Shown here: one piece after another, positions 48,858 to 62,483 of the stretch | Position numbering within the stretch: the first letter of the stretch is position 1 | How the letters are laid out: each line of letters begins with the position of its first letter | Assembly (NCBI GenBank): GCA_010405405.1 | Contig: MU004235.1 | Location: 1,809,539 to 1,873,538, forward strand | Reading direction: 5' to 3' | Source of the DNA: Microthyrium microscopicum | Lineage: Eukaryota | DNA: 64,000 bases | Translations under genes and position numbers: made by a program | Notes under the pieces: model-generated | The model's database searches: none | What the model saw: only the letters and a program-made list of their open reading frames with translations | Told to the model about the DNA's origin: nothing

Positions 48858-50069
48858 AGACAACAATCGCCGCTCCTTCAAGTATGCCATTGGGATATTT
48901 CCTTGTGTATGACATTGTTTGTACTTATAGCTCAACTCCCACATATACTTGTAGATCGCATTAGGCATAGCTGTTCTCTAATCAAAAGTCTGACACTTGA
49001 TTGGATCACAGTACATTGAAATGAAGAGAAAAGTAGGTATTATAAAGCTTCATCAACCAAACAATGTCGCGCTGCCATGATCGTCCGGGACGATTCCTAC
49101 CTTGTCTTTTTCTTCACCCTTTCCTCACCTTTGACAAGCAAGCTCATAGTTTCAATAGGATAATTGTACTTGATAGTAGAAAAGCACAATTTGAGAATTA
49201 GTTAAGTAGAAGTTTCGGCCTCTCGGAGAAAAGGGATTCGGTACTCGCACAAAGTGCTGGTGCGGACAGCACAGGTTTTCTAGTAGGCGATAGCGCCGCT
49301 CAAACGGGCGCTACTATTCATGCCATATCACCGTGGTTGCTGAAACGCGAGCTTGTATGGTAAGAAATCTAGAATTGCTCTTGCAAAGCTGCGGATGGAG
49401 GTTGGGCCTGAACTTGACTGGCGCTACAGGTTCAGTGCGTCTACCTTATGCCATGGAAGCATGATCACGAGAGTAACGCGCAGAGAGAATTGCACAGCAA
49501 AGCGAGTAAAACTCTCGACGCGTTTGGAAGAGTAGAGGCTCCTGCTCAAAAATGAGCACACAAGATTCAGTTTCGGGAGCGAGGAGAACTTTATATTTAG
49601 AAGACGCTAGTGAGGCTAGCAAACGCCAGCGGCTATTGTAGCGATGGCGGTTAACCCTTGTTCTAAACGCGATCTTAAGCGCGGTTTTATTGTCTCAAGC
49701 AAAGTTGGGAATTTCATCGCAACCTCAACCATCCACAGGATCCTTCCAACTTTGATTACAGCTCTTCATCTATTTTTAATGAGCTCTATGCTCTTTGTGC
49801 AGAATCCTTCTCTCCTCGAGAACGTTTCGCAAAGGCCTTCCTGAGCCTAACCAGCATTGCAAAGCCCCGTCCAGGCCTCCCACACCAAGTCATGCCCTAG
49901 GAACGTGCGATATGTTCTAATCTACATAAACGAGCTGCATTGAAGGCCGGAAGATAGGTCGCAGAGCATATTACTGGTAAATTTGTCTCGCCGCACTCGA
50001 ACAAGTCGTTGGTTTTCGGTGGTGATTGTTACCTCACTGGCACTCAAGTCCTTTGCTCGGCATTTTGAG

Positions 50070-51450
50070 TCATTGTCCATATAGCTTTATAAGCATGCGC
50101 TCATGATCCTTGGAAAGACGGTCCACTTTCAAATCTTCAAAAGCGACACTCCAAGGTGTGAAAAGTGCCTTCCGATCTGGCGAAAGTCTTGACTTAATGC
50201 CTAGCAAAAGTCAGTTAAAAGCAGTCTCAACGTCTCGAATGGAGTCGCAATTTTGCATACCTAAATGCTGTACCTGAACGGGATCCAAGGCAAAGCGAGA
50301 GAGACCTTTCTTAGTGGCATAATCTCCAATGATCATATCAGGGGGAGTTGCGGCCTTTCTGGCTAACTCTTCAGATAACTGGAGCACATTTTCTCGAGGT
50401 ATGATGATGCCCTGCGTACAACATCCCCATGGCTGAAGCTTGACGCCAGGCATGGTTGGCAAGATTGATTGCTTTCCTGCCTGGAAGAAGAGTATAACAA
50501 ATAATGGGATTGCTACACAGCATATAGTCGCCATAACTCCATTGGTGAACAGGCGTTTTCCCCAAGCAGAAAAGTAGCGAGGGATCCAGAGTATGCAGAT
50601 TATGCCCACTGAGAACCCAAGAATTATGAACGGAACATTGTTGCCGAGTAACTCCTTGGATGCCCACCCAATACTACGGATCTCATTGAACAGTCGGAGG
50701 TCAAGCCACGTATTCCTCATTTTGTTTGTCCGTTCATCGATATCTCTCAAAGCAATCAGAGCTCTTGCTAACCAGCCATTGGCAAATATAATATCGTCCT
50801 CAAAAAGAGCTATGTATGGAGAAGATGAAGTTTCGTATGCGTATCGAAGGGCATATGAGAAGTCTAATGCCACCTTAGTGCCTCCTTTATGCTCTCGCTC
50901 CAAGTTTTGTAGTTCCTGGAGCTGTGAAGCTGATGTGATGTTCCCGGCGCAAGTTACATTGTCCACGGAATCCAGAAGCGGAGAGAGCCATGCCTGATGA
51001 AGCTCTGCTTTTGTGTCAGCTATGTAGACTCGCAAGTCTAAATCGTCCCTTTCCCGATGATCTAAACCGGCCAGTGCACTGCTGATTGAGATCTTTCCTC
51101 CGTTTCAGTAGAGCATCAGGTGCATGTAGAGTTGGAATGGGATTTACCTCGAGAGGATGTAATTCAGTGTCGTCTCTGCGCACTGTAACAAAGACGCCGC
51201 AGATGGTTGCGTTCTTCCCGTCTATCGTAAAACTTCTGTTGAAAGGCTTCTCAGGAGAGAGCGCTGCTGTTCGGAAGGTCTTAGCTTCTTGTTCTCGATA
51301 CAAGCTGTAGGAGCGCTCTAGCGCTCGCTCTGGCTTGAAAAATATGCTTCCGGGATCTCGAAAATAATGAAACTGGCCATATATAGTGAAGAACAAGATT
51401 ATCATCGAAGTGGCAAGAACTGTATACACTACAGCCGACGAGCTGGGCAT
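50070..51450 (-). CDS. Integral membrane glycosyltransferase-like protein (PGAP4/TMEM246-like); exons 51450-51148, 51092-50261, 50200-50070
   Basis: N-terminal TM helix, YFRDPGSIFF, PYIALFEDD acidic motif, two internal TM helices, CCTQG, VQHLG; introns keep the frame. Confidence 0.7.
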
Positions 51451-52926
51451 TTTGCAGTTGTATAAAGAGGGGACCAATTTACGACGCACAATTGAGAGAT
51501 AATTTGGTAAATGGTGATACTGCAAGATCCGCGAATTCATGTAAAACCATATGCCATTGTTTAAAAATGCGACGCTCAGCTAGGTAAGTATTATATAAAT
51601 CGTGTCATGGTTCTGAATCCTTCGAACTTTAATGCCGTGCTGCAGGGTCTGGAACTTCTCCAGGTGCTAGGTTGTAAATGGGAAGGATTCGATTATCACT
51701 CAAATCCTGCGGCACAGTCAAATCTGTTCGAAATAAGACTTTGCGGCGCGTTTAGATCTGCTCGGACATCCCGGCAGCTTTGCCATGCATTAATTAAGAC
51801 TGCTATCAACCGCCAACTATCATTTGATCTTGCAACATGATTGGGTCCATCTGCGCACGCACATAGTTTCTGAACGTGTTTTCTATGTTGTCGTAGTGAG
51901 TTAAAATTCATGAAAACTTGGCTGCAAAGATCAGTGGGTGTCTATTAGGCAGACTACCAGGTAGGTAGGTAGGTAGTTAGATCCCAAGGGCCCTGCACCA
52001 TAACTTGATCAATGATGGTCTATTCGATTCTCCGGGCAATGTTGATTCAATTTATCCTACTAAATTGAGTATCTAGCGAGCATTCACAAATTCAGAAGGC
52101 ATGTCGGAATATTTGATAGCAGCTTCTGGCCATTCATTTGGCCTACCCAGCTTATAAAGAGGAGAGAGGAAGTCTTGCCGAGAAGTTGACGTGGTCGCAC
52201 ACACTTCAAACATTTCTACTACACTGGTTTGCGAAATGTGGTGAACTCTGACCCCCTCCCCAATGGGATTATTTTTGCAGAATACAACCAACTATATCGA
52301 GAATAGCTCATTCCTTTGTGGTAAAGGCTCTGGCCTATGTCCCAATGTTCAGATTCCGTCCCTCTATAAAAACCCTGATTGGTCAGATTCTGCAAAATTC
52401 ACATGTTTGGAGACACTAGGGTATGTACAAGACGTTCAAGATTCGTTCATACTCAAAACTACCTCCTATATGAAGAGTGGGAACTATTCTCAGCTCTGGG
52501 GCTGCTCAAGAATCATCATATGGATTAATTCAATATCTTTGTGTCCGCTGGCGTGTCTTGTTCCATGCCTCAAACCAACTGGTGAACCTGGTTGCGAGCT
52601 TGTAGTCGAACTTCAGCCTCGCGCGCTTAAATTTCTAAATCTGGAGACAAGATCCCTGCAGCTAATAGGCCGTGGCTTATTTAGCGGACAGGAGTGGCGG
52701 CTAAAATGCGGCAAAAGTCTTAGCGATAGTCGGGGAGGTGGACTAACTGATTGGGGCCTAGATCATTGCCTGATATCAGGTACCTTGCCGCTCGAAATAT
52801 TTTGGTAGATATTTGAACACTTTCACCTCACAAACATCCCCAACAAACATCTTCAATGAACCCGCTCAGGAAATATCCCGACATCCTTTACATTCTCTTT
52901 GCTTCCCAATTACCAATTAATTCATC

Positions 52927-53973
52927 ATGTTGCCCTGCTTGTACGAAATTGGCCCAACATGGAGCAGTAACAAAAACACAGATGTTGAACTGAATGTACT
53001 CATTGGCAACAAACATGTTCAGGTCGAACTAAAAGCCGAGAAGTTCGAATCTAGCCCCAAGCTACATAACGAATACCTGCTCCATGTTCAACGCTCGGAT
53101 CCAGATTATTTTCCAGAAGCAGGTGACGACGACGAGCTCGACACCGACCCAATTAAAGACTTCTACAGCTGGGCCATGGAACCTTTCTCTACTATGTTCC
53201 ATGAAATGGACCCCCTAGACCAGGATAGACAGTATACTCTGCAAGACTGCTTATATCCCGAAAAGGTCCTCTACACCTTACAAGCTGATGGGGATATTCT
53301 GAGTCCAGTTCAACTTCCGTCCACTTCAAGCTTTCGAAATGTTGGAGTTAGGCTCCCTGAAGCCCAAAGCAATCTCAACTCCCTTTTTCCAGTTTTTAGT
53401 CCCAAAGAAATACATGTTCCCCTCGCCCCAGGCACGAACACCCTGCCAACACAGCTCAACAAGGTCTACGTCGGCGGAGAACGGCCATTCTATCATTTCA
53501 AACGACTGCTTTCCGGAGATGTCAGTATGACTGTCACAGAAATATCAACTTACGCAAAGATCCTCGCCGCAGCGTTAGGGGAAGAAGTTCGGATATCTCG
53601 CCTTTTTGGTCTTGTCAAGGACGAGCAAACATCTCGTATAGTGGGATTGCTCTTATCCTACATCGAATGCGGACCTCATGGTCCACTAAGCTGCGAGCGA
53701 AGAACTCTCACCGATATCTCTCTTTGTAAAAAATGGCTCGACCAGATCTCAAATTCGCTACATGCTCTGCATGCGAACAACATCGCCTGGGGCGACGCCA
53801 AGCCAGCGAACGTTGTCATCGACGAGCATGATGATGCATACTTGATTGATTTTGGGGGTGGATATACAGCTGGATGGGTGGATAAGGAGTTGCAAAACAC
53901 CATTGAGGGCGATCTACAAAGTCTCAGTCGTATTGCTAAGTTCCTGACCCCAGAGGTTAAACATGCAACTTGA
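52927..53973 (+). CDS. Fungal protein kinase-like protein with a reduced C-terminal kinase fold
   Basis: Intronless 348 aa; LHANNIAWGDAKPANVVID catalytic-loop variant and LIDFGGG. Confidence 0.8.
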   Translation: MLPCLYEIGPTWSSNKNTDVELNVLIGNKHVQVELKAEKFESSPKLHNEYLLHVQRSDPDYFPEAGDDDELDTDPIKDFYSWAMEPFSTMFHEMDPLDQDRQYTLQDCLYPEKVLYTLQADGDILSPVQLPSTSSFRNVGVRLPEAQSNLNSLFPVFSPKEIHVPLAPGTNTLPTQLNKVYVGGERPFYHFKRLLSGDVSMTVTEISTYAKILAAALGEEVRISRLFGLVKDEQTSRIVGLLLSYIECGPHGPLSCERRTLTDISLCKKWLDQISNSLHALHANNIAWGDAKPANVVIDEHDDAYLIDFGGGYTAGWVDKELQNTIEGDLQSLSRIAKFLTPEVKHAT

Positions 53974-55634
53974 ATACATAACGTAGCCAGTGCCCGGCAT
54001 TACGAGTATTTGGAACCTTATGAAATCCACTGGGGAATGCTACGTGCATACGCATGACGCCCTGTGAATCAACACGACCAAGTCGCGCCGTCACTTCGCT
54101 GGAAGAACATCATAATTGAGGCAAAGCTCGCCGGAAACCTCGACCTCCTCCACATCCGTGTTTCGTTTCAGATAGCGGAAAGTCCCTTCACACTTGGCTC
54201 TGGCTTTCTGCGCTGAAAAAATCTACGCTAATAGATACTGACTACAGAACTTTCCACCCAACGACAAAGAGGTCTATCAGCAGCTGTTCGAAGCCAATCA
54301 AGCACTTACCAACAAAACCCCCATGACGTTGCTTCATGGTATGCAACGTGTGAAGGAGTTTATGGTCCTTCAAAAAGCCATCTACTGTTTTCATAAGCGC
54401 TGTAGATACTCTCCAGAAGTTCTAACAGTAATATGACCATCAATAACAAAATTTCCCAAATCATCGCTGTCTGTAAGAAGCATATCTAAAACGGCGAAGG
54501 ATGCCAGTTGTCACAATCATCATATCACAATCAATTTTACTTTCGTCTCACAAGTTCCCTCCATATCCAAATCTTCATTCGCTTACTAGCTTGTGCTTTT
54601 GCATAACTGTCTCTTTACATCATGTGCAGCCGTCAATAAAGAGTCTATCGCTGCGGTCACGGAGTATAAATGCGCGGTATTGTGCACTGCGCTCGTGCAG
54701 GAATCAGTGCAAGGACCGGAAGACAAACCATGTGTGGCGAGTAAAGAACGGAAACCGATGTTGCAGGCTCCAATTCAAGCGACCGGGATACATGCTACAC
54801 CGCGGAGCTGGCTGCGAACGGCTGGTGGTGCCATGTCTGCTCAGAGATCACTCGCAACCGCGAAAGAAACTCGACTTGCCTGACACCAATGAGATGGATG
54901 TCTGATGGAACAACATGCGATCATTCCGTCTGTGTCCATTGCCGATACGCCCGCTCTACCTGGCTTATCGAACCACAATACTGAGAACTGGAAAGCAATA
55001 TCAGCCCACGACACGGCTTTGAGGGATATTGAGCCGAATATTGAGAATTTGATGCTGAAAGTCGGCTCCATAGAGCTGGAAAGTAAATAACTCGTTATTG
55101 ACCTCGTCTTGTAGTTTGTTAGTATTAAAATAAAATGAGTGTTACACTTGGAGTCATGTTCTTGCATTCCCTGACTTGAACAGGTAAGGTACATGGAATC
55201 GTGAGGGGGCTGATTTCATCTAGATGCGAGAGCTCAAGACATTCTTAAATCAATTGCAATGGCATCGCAAAGGCAAATTGTAACGTGGGGATGGTGGTGA
55301 GCGTGTTTGCGCCTGGACGAAGTGGTTGAGATTCAAATTTGAGAAAACAGAAAACTTAACAACAACAACAAACAGATGTGATATTCTAGAACATGAGGGT
55401 CACACATAAGTACAGTATCGCGCCATAATACAGGGGTCCATATGGAATTAGACCAATTGAGGTTGTACGTGACGTTCAACCAATGATGGGTTGGACTGAA
55501 TCCTTCTACTCTATATAATTTATTACATATTAATTTTTGGATCCTACGTTGCAAGGAAACATATACATGCGTCTCCCTTCGACGCTTCAGGTTTCGACAG
55601 AATGAACACAGTAGAAAGCAATGAGTAAAAGGTC

Positions 55635-57933
55635 ATGTTTCGCTTATTGTGGAAGAGGCTATATCATTCTAGTTTCGTTTTGGTCCTTTTGATATCAACT
55701 CTTACTAAAGTCAGTTGCAGAACATGTAAGCTTATCGTCAAAATGACCAATAGCTCGACACTAAATCCTGTTCGAATTAGGGGTGAACGAATCCTACAGC
55801 CATGGTGGAACAAATTATAGTGGTAATCCGGTAACCAATGCTACCATTACCACAATCGAAGAAGTATCAGACGAGGAGGCAGAAGCTTGCATGAAAGAGC
55901 TCAGTCTGTGGTCTGCCAGGACAGCTTCAACACAAGTCGAGAATCCCAACGACTATGATACCGTCTTTCGAACCAAGTTCCGTACGACGACCTGGGAATC
56001 ATGGCAGCCTGTAGGAGAAGGCTGCGCCTACACATTGGACGGAATACCTCGTTTTCATTTCACCACCATTTCATCGACGCAAACTATCTTTGTCACCAAC
56101 TTTATAACATATACTACCTTCGAAGTACAGGCGCGAGCCACGTCGGTTGATGCTAGCTTGCCAATACCTCGCCCTACCTGTTCGATGAATGCAAAGTATT
56201 GCTCCCTGCGCAATGAAGAATACTTTGCAAATGCTGCCGCCGGTGCTCCGGAAGACTTTGATAGCTACGACGTTAAGCCATTTAATGCTTACAACGAAGC
56301 CCCACAGTGTCCCTTTGTCATTGACTGTCAGATTGACATGCAAAACGAGGTCATTCTGCTCCACTGGCCCACTGATGAAGCCCATACCGAGCGATGTGCT
56401 GGTAACTCGACTTCCTCAGCTGCAAAATCATCAGGCCTACAATTCAAAGCCGTCACCCCTCGAATCGCCATCATGTCCGCTATCACATTTCGTGGTAACG
56501 ACCTGTACTTTCTTGAAAAACAAGCGTCTACAGTTGGACAGAATTATTCTGAAACTTATAGTTATCGAGAAGAGGGCCAAAGACAGTTTTCAAGCATTCT
56601 TACCGGCCCCTTCACCTTCACATCGCCTTCAATTTATCTTGCGCACCACGCTATCTCCTCCGTCAACTACCTTGAAGCGCCTCAGGGATCCATTATTAGC
56701 CCCGCTGGAATCCTTACCTTGCAGCCCGACGATATACGAACAGCAAGAAGACGCCAGCGCCCGAACATCCATCAGGTACTCTCAGGCGAGTGGGTACCCT
56801 CTGACATGGATGGATCAGGCCGGACTCAGGAAGACATTGTGCCTATGACTTGGCTAGATGCTATGGACCCGGTACCTGCTAGTGTGTACTTTGATTGGCG
56901 AGAGGACTGTGAAGGCAGGCAGACGCATTGTGCCACGATTACAGATGATACGTACCGGCCAAAGTTAGTCCTTCGCAACAGGATATGGAGTTCTATACTG
57001 CCTCAAAAGTATCATCGTTGCGCAAGGTTCGACTTGGTAGATCCTGATATCACACTATCAGCTATAGTGGCAAGCTCTGAGGATCTTCAAGGCCTTTTGC
57101 AGGTGCCTCGGGTATCCAAACCAGTTGCTTCACCATTACGACATTCTATGGCGCAGCCCACGCAAAATGAGGCCGCAGCGCAGATGTCAGACAGAGGCAA
57201 TGCTCTCAACCGCCCAGGTAGCGGAGAGGCACTACCAGGGCACATCGCGACCGCACCAGGGGCTATGGCAACTAATTCGGGTCTGCTGCAGATCGGAGAT
57301 GTCTGGCCCACAGGACCGGAGCTGAACACGGCGATTTTATCACCAGGTGGGCGGCAATTTAATGGAGAGGTTTTGACAGTACAGGCCAAGCAAGAGCTGA
57401 AAGTGGCTATAGACCAGTTCAAGAGAGCAACGGACCCATCACATGGTGCTGAAAACGGGCCAGGTAAAGCTATTAGTGAGACACTGGCGAGCTTTGCCAA
57501 AGATTTCGGTCAACGCATAGATCAAATCCTGTCAACAACCGCAGCAAGCCCGAAGATCAATGATCGCACTATCAGGAAGCTGAGAAACATGATTGAAACC
57601 TTCAATAACGAGCTCCCTAAAAGCTTGTCCTCGATAACTGGCAGTGACGCTACGCAAAGTAACGAACTATCCGCTGGCCTAATCAGCCAAATTGAAGAAC
57701 TCAATCGGTGGACACAAGAGATGCTCCAGACAGATGCTAGTGGCCATGGCTTTATTCAAGGTGAGAGTACGATTCAAGGAAGTACATCGGACGGAAAATG
57801 GTCAGATGACGAAAATCATGGCTCGTCCAGGCTGGACCAGGTTTCTACCTCGAGGAAAGCCAGCGCTAATGTTTTGATCCCTTGGTGGGCTCTGTTTATT
57901 TCATGTATCATAGCACCCGTTCTTTTATGTTAG
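55635..57933 (+). CDS. Large secreted, possibly GPI-anchored protein (~747 aa); exons 55635-55725, 55781-57933
   Basis: Signal-peptide exon spliced via GTAAGC...TAG in frame with the 716-aa ORF; Cys/Thr-rich region; hydrophobic C-terminus WWALFISCIIAPVLLC. Confidence 0.75.
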
Positions 57934-58610
57934 CACACGTTTTTCTTCCATATATGGCGACAATTGACAGAGTAAGCGCCCGATCTCCTATTCAAGAACA
58001 CAACATGCCTAAGGGAAGGATTGCAACTGTGGAATGTGTGCTCAATCAATCCCTTCAGTTTTGTCTTAGTTAGATAGATATGTTGCTTTCTTATAAGGCG
58101 AAGAACAGGACGACAGGCTGATATACCGTCAAAAATGGGAGACTTGTAGTGGCCAGGAGGACCTAAACTAAATCATTCCGACCCGAGACTGCCAAAGAGT
58201 CTTTACGAAGTTATGTGCAATTTTGTCCATCCCGTTGAACGTTATTAGACATGGTGAAGACGAGCAAATTCGAGCATGCGACCTTACATATATTCGACAG
58301 ACCACAGCTTCGATATTCCTCCTTTGCGTCGACATGAGGATGCCTTGTAGCGGGTAACCATGTGAACAAATAACGAATCGAATATGCCAATAGCTGCGGG
58401 AGATAATCTCACTTGCCATCAATAAAATCTTCTGCTATTCTTGAAATACTTCAGACAGGTACTAGGAGTGGCTTATGGTGAATGCTAGGACAATTGGGAG
58501 ATGAAACTGCCCACATGGCGGCAGCACAAACGATGCTTAGAATAGTATCCTCAAAGTTACGTTTAGTTATTTGTTTCTTCTACATCTGTATTGAAGGGAC
58601 AGTAACGCTA

Positions 58611-59448
58611 TTACTTCTTGGCTGCCTTGATCGCAGCAACTACAGGCTCATAAAAGCAGTCGACCAGCTTCTGAGCGCCGGTTGACTCGTTAGGATGAAC
58701 ACCATCTTGGGCATCCTTCGCGGGATTAAACGCATTATCTGGTGGGCCAAATTTCTTATCCTTGTAGCAGTCGGCAACTGTGACCTTGAGCTCTGGCGAA
58801 TTTGCCTTGGCTGCCCAGTCAGCCAGAGCAGCATTATATTTTGGTGTATAGCTTTCGCATCCACCTTTGTTGCAAAGGGGGATCTTTGCGACCTGCCGGA
58901 TGATATGGTCAGCGCTGATTCAGGACAAGGTTTTCGTGCCGACAAGGGACTTCGAAAGACATACCACAAGCTCCTTGACCTTGGCGGCCTTCATTTCTTC
59001 CAAGCTCTTTGCATAATATGCCATACTCTTGTCGACAGCTCGGCTTCTCCAAACGTCGTTTGTGCCCATCAGCATCATCACTACATCAACCGGTGCGGCT
59101 GTCTTCAAGAAGCCTGGAAGCGCTGACGGGATCTGGGACATTTCCCAGCCGACATGACCTTCGTTCGCCTTGTCGTAGGTTCCAGTGCAGGGGAACAGGG
59201 AGCCTTGAGATCCGACGAATTTGAAGTCGTTGGCGGTAATGCCTCCGGCTACGATTTTCTGGTAAAGCTTTTGTCGCCAGCAGCCCTGTTGATCGATACG
59301 AATTAGTTCCCGTTTTCCACAACCGGATGAAAGCGCTGAGACATACTCCTGCGGTGACAGAGTCACCTAGTGGCATAACTCGAACAACTGCTAGAACAGG
59401 CGTGAGAGCCGCCGAGACGGCGAGAAGTGTGGCTGTAATCTTGACCAT
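58611..59448 (-). CDS. Secreted SGNH/GDSL hydrolase (CE3 acetylxylan esterase-like); exons 59448-59347, 59285-58965, 58892-58611
   Basis: Signal peptide; VMPLGDSVT (block I), FVGS, NEGHVGW, MGTND (block III), DGVHPN (block V). Confidence 0.9.
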
Positions 59449-62400
59449 GATGGGTTGGCAGTTATTGATTTCTGCTTTTAGAGAACGACTGGATGAAATG
59501 AATAACAGTGAGCTAGACAGATGTGGGCAGGTTCAGCCTTTATATCAGGGAACGACCAATAATTTAGATAAAGTAGTGGGATTCAAAAGTTCTCTGCAGG
59601 CTCTCCATAGATCAACCAACAACGCAAACCACTTAGATGACTTTGGGATAGGTACACCATACTAGCAAGTGAAGCCCTTCACAAGCTCCGAAATGAATAC
59701 TCGGACAATCCGTCAGGAATCCCATCGTGTTGCTTACGTGAAGAAAAGGGCGAAAGAACATGGACGTTTCATAGTAGTGTATGGGCACTGGTTATGGTAT
59801 CCACTGGCAGAACCTGTGTAATTGGAATCTCTAGCATCATTAATGATAATTTAAACCCTCGGGCACTTAGTAGGCGATTTCAGTCTACATATACCCCTTC
59901 AGAAGCCTTGCCACAATATTCATTAAAAGTAGATAACTCATAAATCTACCAGGTACTAAGAGACGATGAACCATCTATGGTCATGTACCATCACTGACGC
60001 ATGACTTGCAGCTTGCGTAACAAACTGTAGGAGATAAAGTGAACTATGAAGTTGAAAATGATGGCGATGGCATACTGTATGTTGAGAGTGATTTCAGTAA
60101 ACCTCAATGAAGCCGTCTTCTGAAGAATGGCGAGAGGCAAGGAAAAGAAACCATTCACAGCCTAGAAGTGTTAGGCTATATTGCTTAAATTCATTATCTC
60201 TCAGTATTCACCCTCTGCTAAAAAGAAGATGCCAGGGCGTAGAGAACAGATTGTTTCATCAAGACCTCTATCTGCTATGCTATTTAGGGTCCCCATATGC
60301 AAAAGCTGTATAGTCCTCAAATGTTATATGTTACAGTAATAATGTTCTTAACCTTTTATGGGCAGACTGAAAGGTAAGCCTCACATGAAATGGACGAAAC
60401 CCGGAAATGCCAATCCCAAACATCATATACATATAGCAGGGCCGCGTTGGTTCTTGGTCCATAAAGAAATCACAATGCGTATAGATCGCTATCTTAAACT
60501 ACACCTCCATCACAGGGCTAGTGTCGAGCGATATACAGAGCAAATGACTGGAGGCCGTTGCAACATAACTCAAGCTTGTTTGCAAGAACTTGATCATTTT
60601 CGAATCTAGCATCTTGTTATGAAGTGACAAAAGCTGAGCAAGTGGCAAGCAATTTTGACACTCTTCATGAAGCCCATATCTGAAAATCATGGAGCAAATT
60701 AGGCTGGCTGAACATGTTCTTGATATGTAGGGCTTTTGAGCAGGACCTGCGATAAAGACCATTATTTGACTACATTTTGCGACTCATAATAGTCAGAGAG
60801 TGTGCTGATCATTAATAGAGCTCGATGGGGTTCTTCGGGAATGCCTAACTCAAATATACCTACCTACCTACCTAGGTAGATGAGCCATCATGCTCAACAT
60901 TCTCAGGGACGTTCAGCCAGCAGTGTCAAGTGAGAACGCAAGAGTTGACATACTGCCTTCATGGCAATTGATCTTTGAAATTCTTTGAAAGTTCCAGTGA
61001 AGAGAACTTCATCGCAGCATGCATGAACTGGATTTTTGGATACTTTGTACTCGAGTAATCATGGATGCAGGGTTCTCTATCGTGGTTTGATTGTGCCAAT
61101 ATCTTCGCATAAAGTGTGGCTGACAAGGATTCTCCCTTACTTACCAACAAGTTGTGGTACCGCGAATTTTCTGAAAGTGGTGGCACGGAGAGCTCAAAGT
61201 ATGAACACAAAAAAAGAGCGAAGCGGAAGAAGTGCATGTATGAAGAAGAAATCTGAAGGTCGTTGAGGAAAATGGAGAACGTTTGCGGAGAACGAGACCT
61301 CATCATTTTGACTCGTCAGCTTTCAGGCAACAAAAGAAAAACGCCTGTAGACATAACAGCAGTAGTTCAGCCATGGCTGGGTGCCAATATGATTGTTGGA
61401 AGAGGACGGAAGTATGAGATTTCACTGTGGGTAGCTTCTTTGAAAATGAGCCTCGTTCGCGTTGTAGCATGAAATGGAATTCTGCCTTTGAAACCGAGCT
61501 TTGCTTTCATCAGGCGTTTTCAGAGTCTGCGTAGCTGCTCAATTCACTTCTAGTTGGAAAAGCTCTCTTGCAAGTAATCCTGCGCTGGGATGCCAATACT
61601 TCTAATCTTTGCTCTCTATCCAAGCCAGAAAGACGACCCCTTAGATATTGCAGCATTCAACCACAACCTCACCAACGTCAACAATATCAGCACCACATTA
61701 GTAGGATTTTCTTCAAGTTCAGACTTCGTACAATTTCGTACCAGTCAAAATAAGGTTTGTACCCTGGTCCTGGACTTCATCCTTCCGATAGGTTCGTGGC
61801 CTATCTCGAGGCCCATAGGGCTTGTCACAACCCCATTTTTCGTTGATCTAGTTGAGATGATTGGGTGGATCAGTGAAACATATAGTAAACCTGGTCTATA
61901 TCCAAGGTAGGTCGAGAAGAAGGTCGGCCAAGATTCGGATTTAGCCAACTTCCTCAGGTATCGACATCACTTCGAATTTGGAATTCGACCATCCAATTTC
62001 ACGATCTAAGCTGCGCAAGGCATGATCTTAAACGAATTCAAATAGCCAATCTTGAGTGCTGCCGAGCCTAAGCGTGCCGCGAACTTGCTTACCAAAGCAT
62101 GATCTCGCCTCTCAAATGCAGCGACCAGGGCGCAATTGCCAGATAAGGTTAGCGCCATAAGTAACATGCAGTTTTCCATCTCTCTTACAAGAAATCTTGA
62201 CAAAGATATGACTTAGTCTCAGGTTCCCATGATTATGATTTTCCTAAAGAAGCAATAGTGCCCTGGTTCAGACGATGACTGAGCTTACGAGGAATGTACG
62301 ACAGCTGTGATTATTCTAAATCGTTAGCTCGTGGATCTAGGAAATCAGTATGGACACAAAGTGTATAAATAAGATCAACAGACTGTCCATTGAACCTTAC

Positions 62401-62483
62401 ATTTTCTTTCCAGACCCCTAATCTTTCTCCCGCCGAAGAGTCTTACTTGTCAGTTTCCAAATTCCCAGAACTATTTTACCACT

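Noticed and set aside
58640..58969. Apparent frameshift or separate ORF at the SGNH gene 3' end
   Set aside because: Intron 58964-58893 restores the frame through DGVHPN to the stop at 58611.
59700..62300. Scattered 60-115 aa ORFs
   Set aside because: No motifs or coherent gene model; may hide a pseudogene but cannot be supported.
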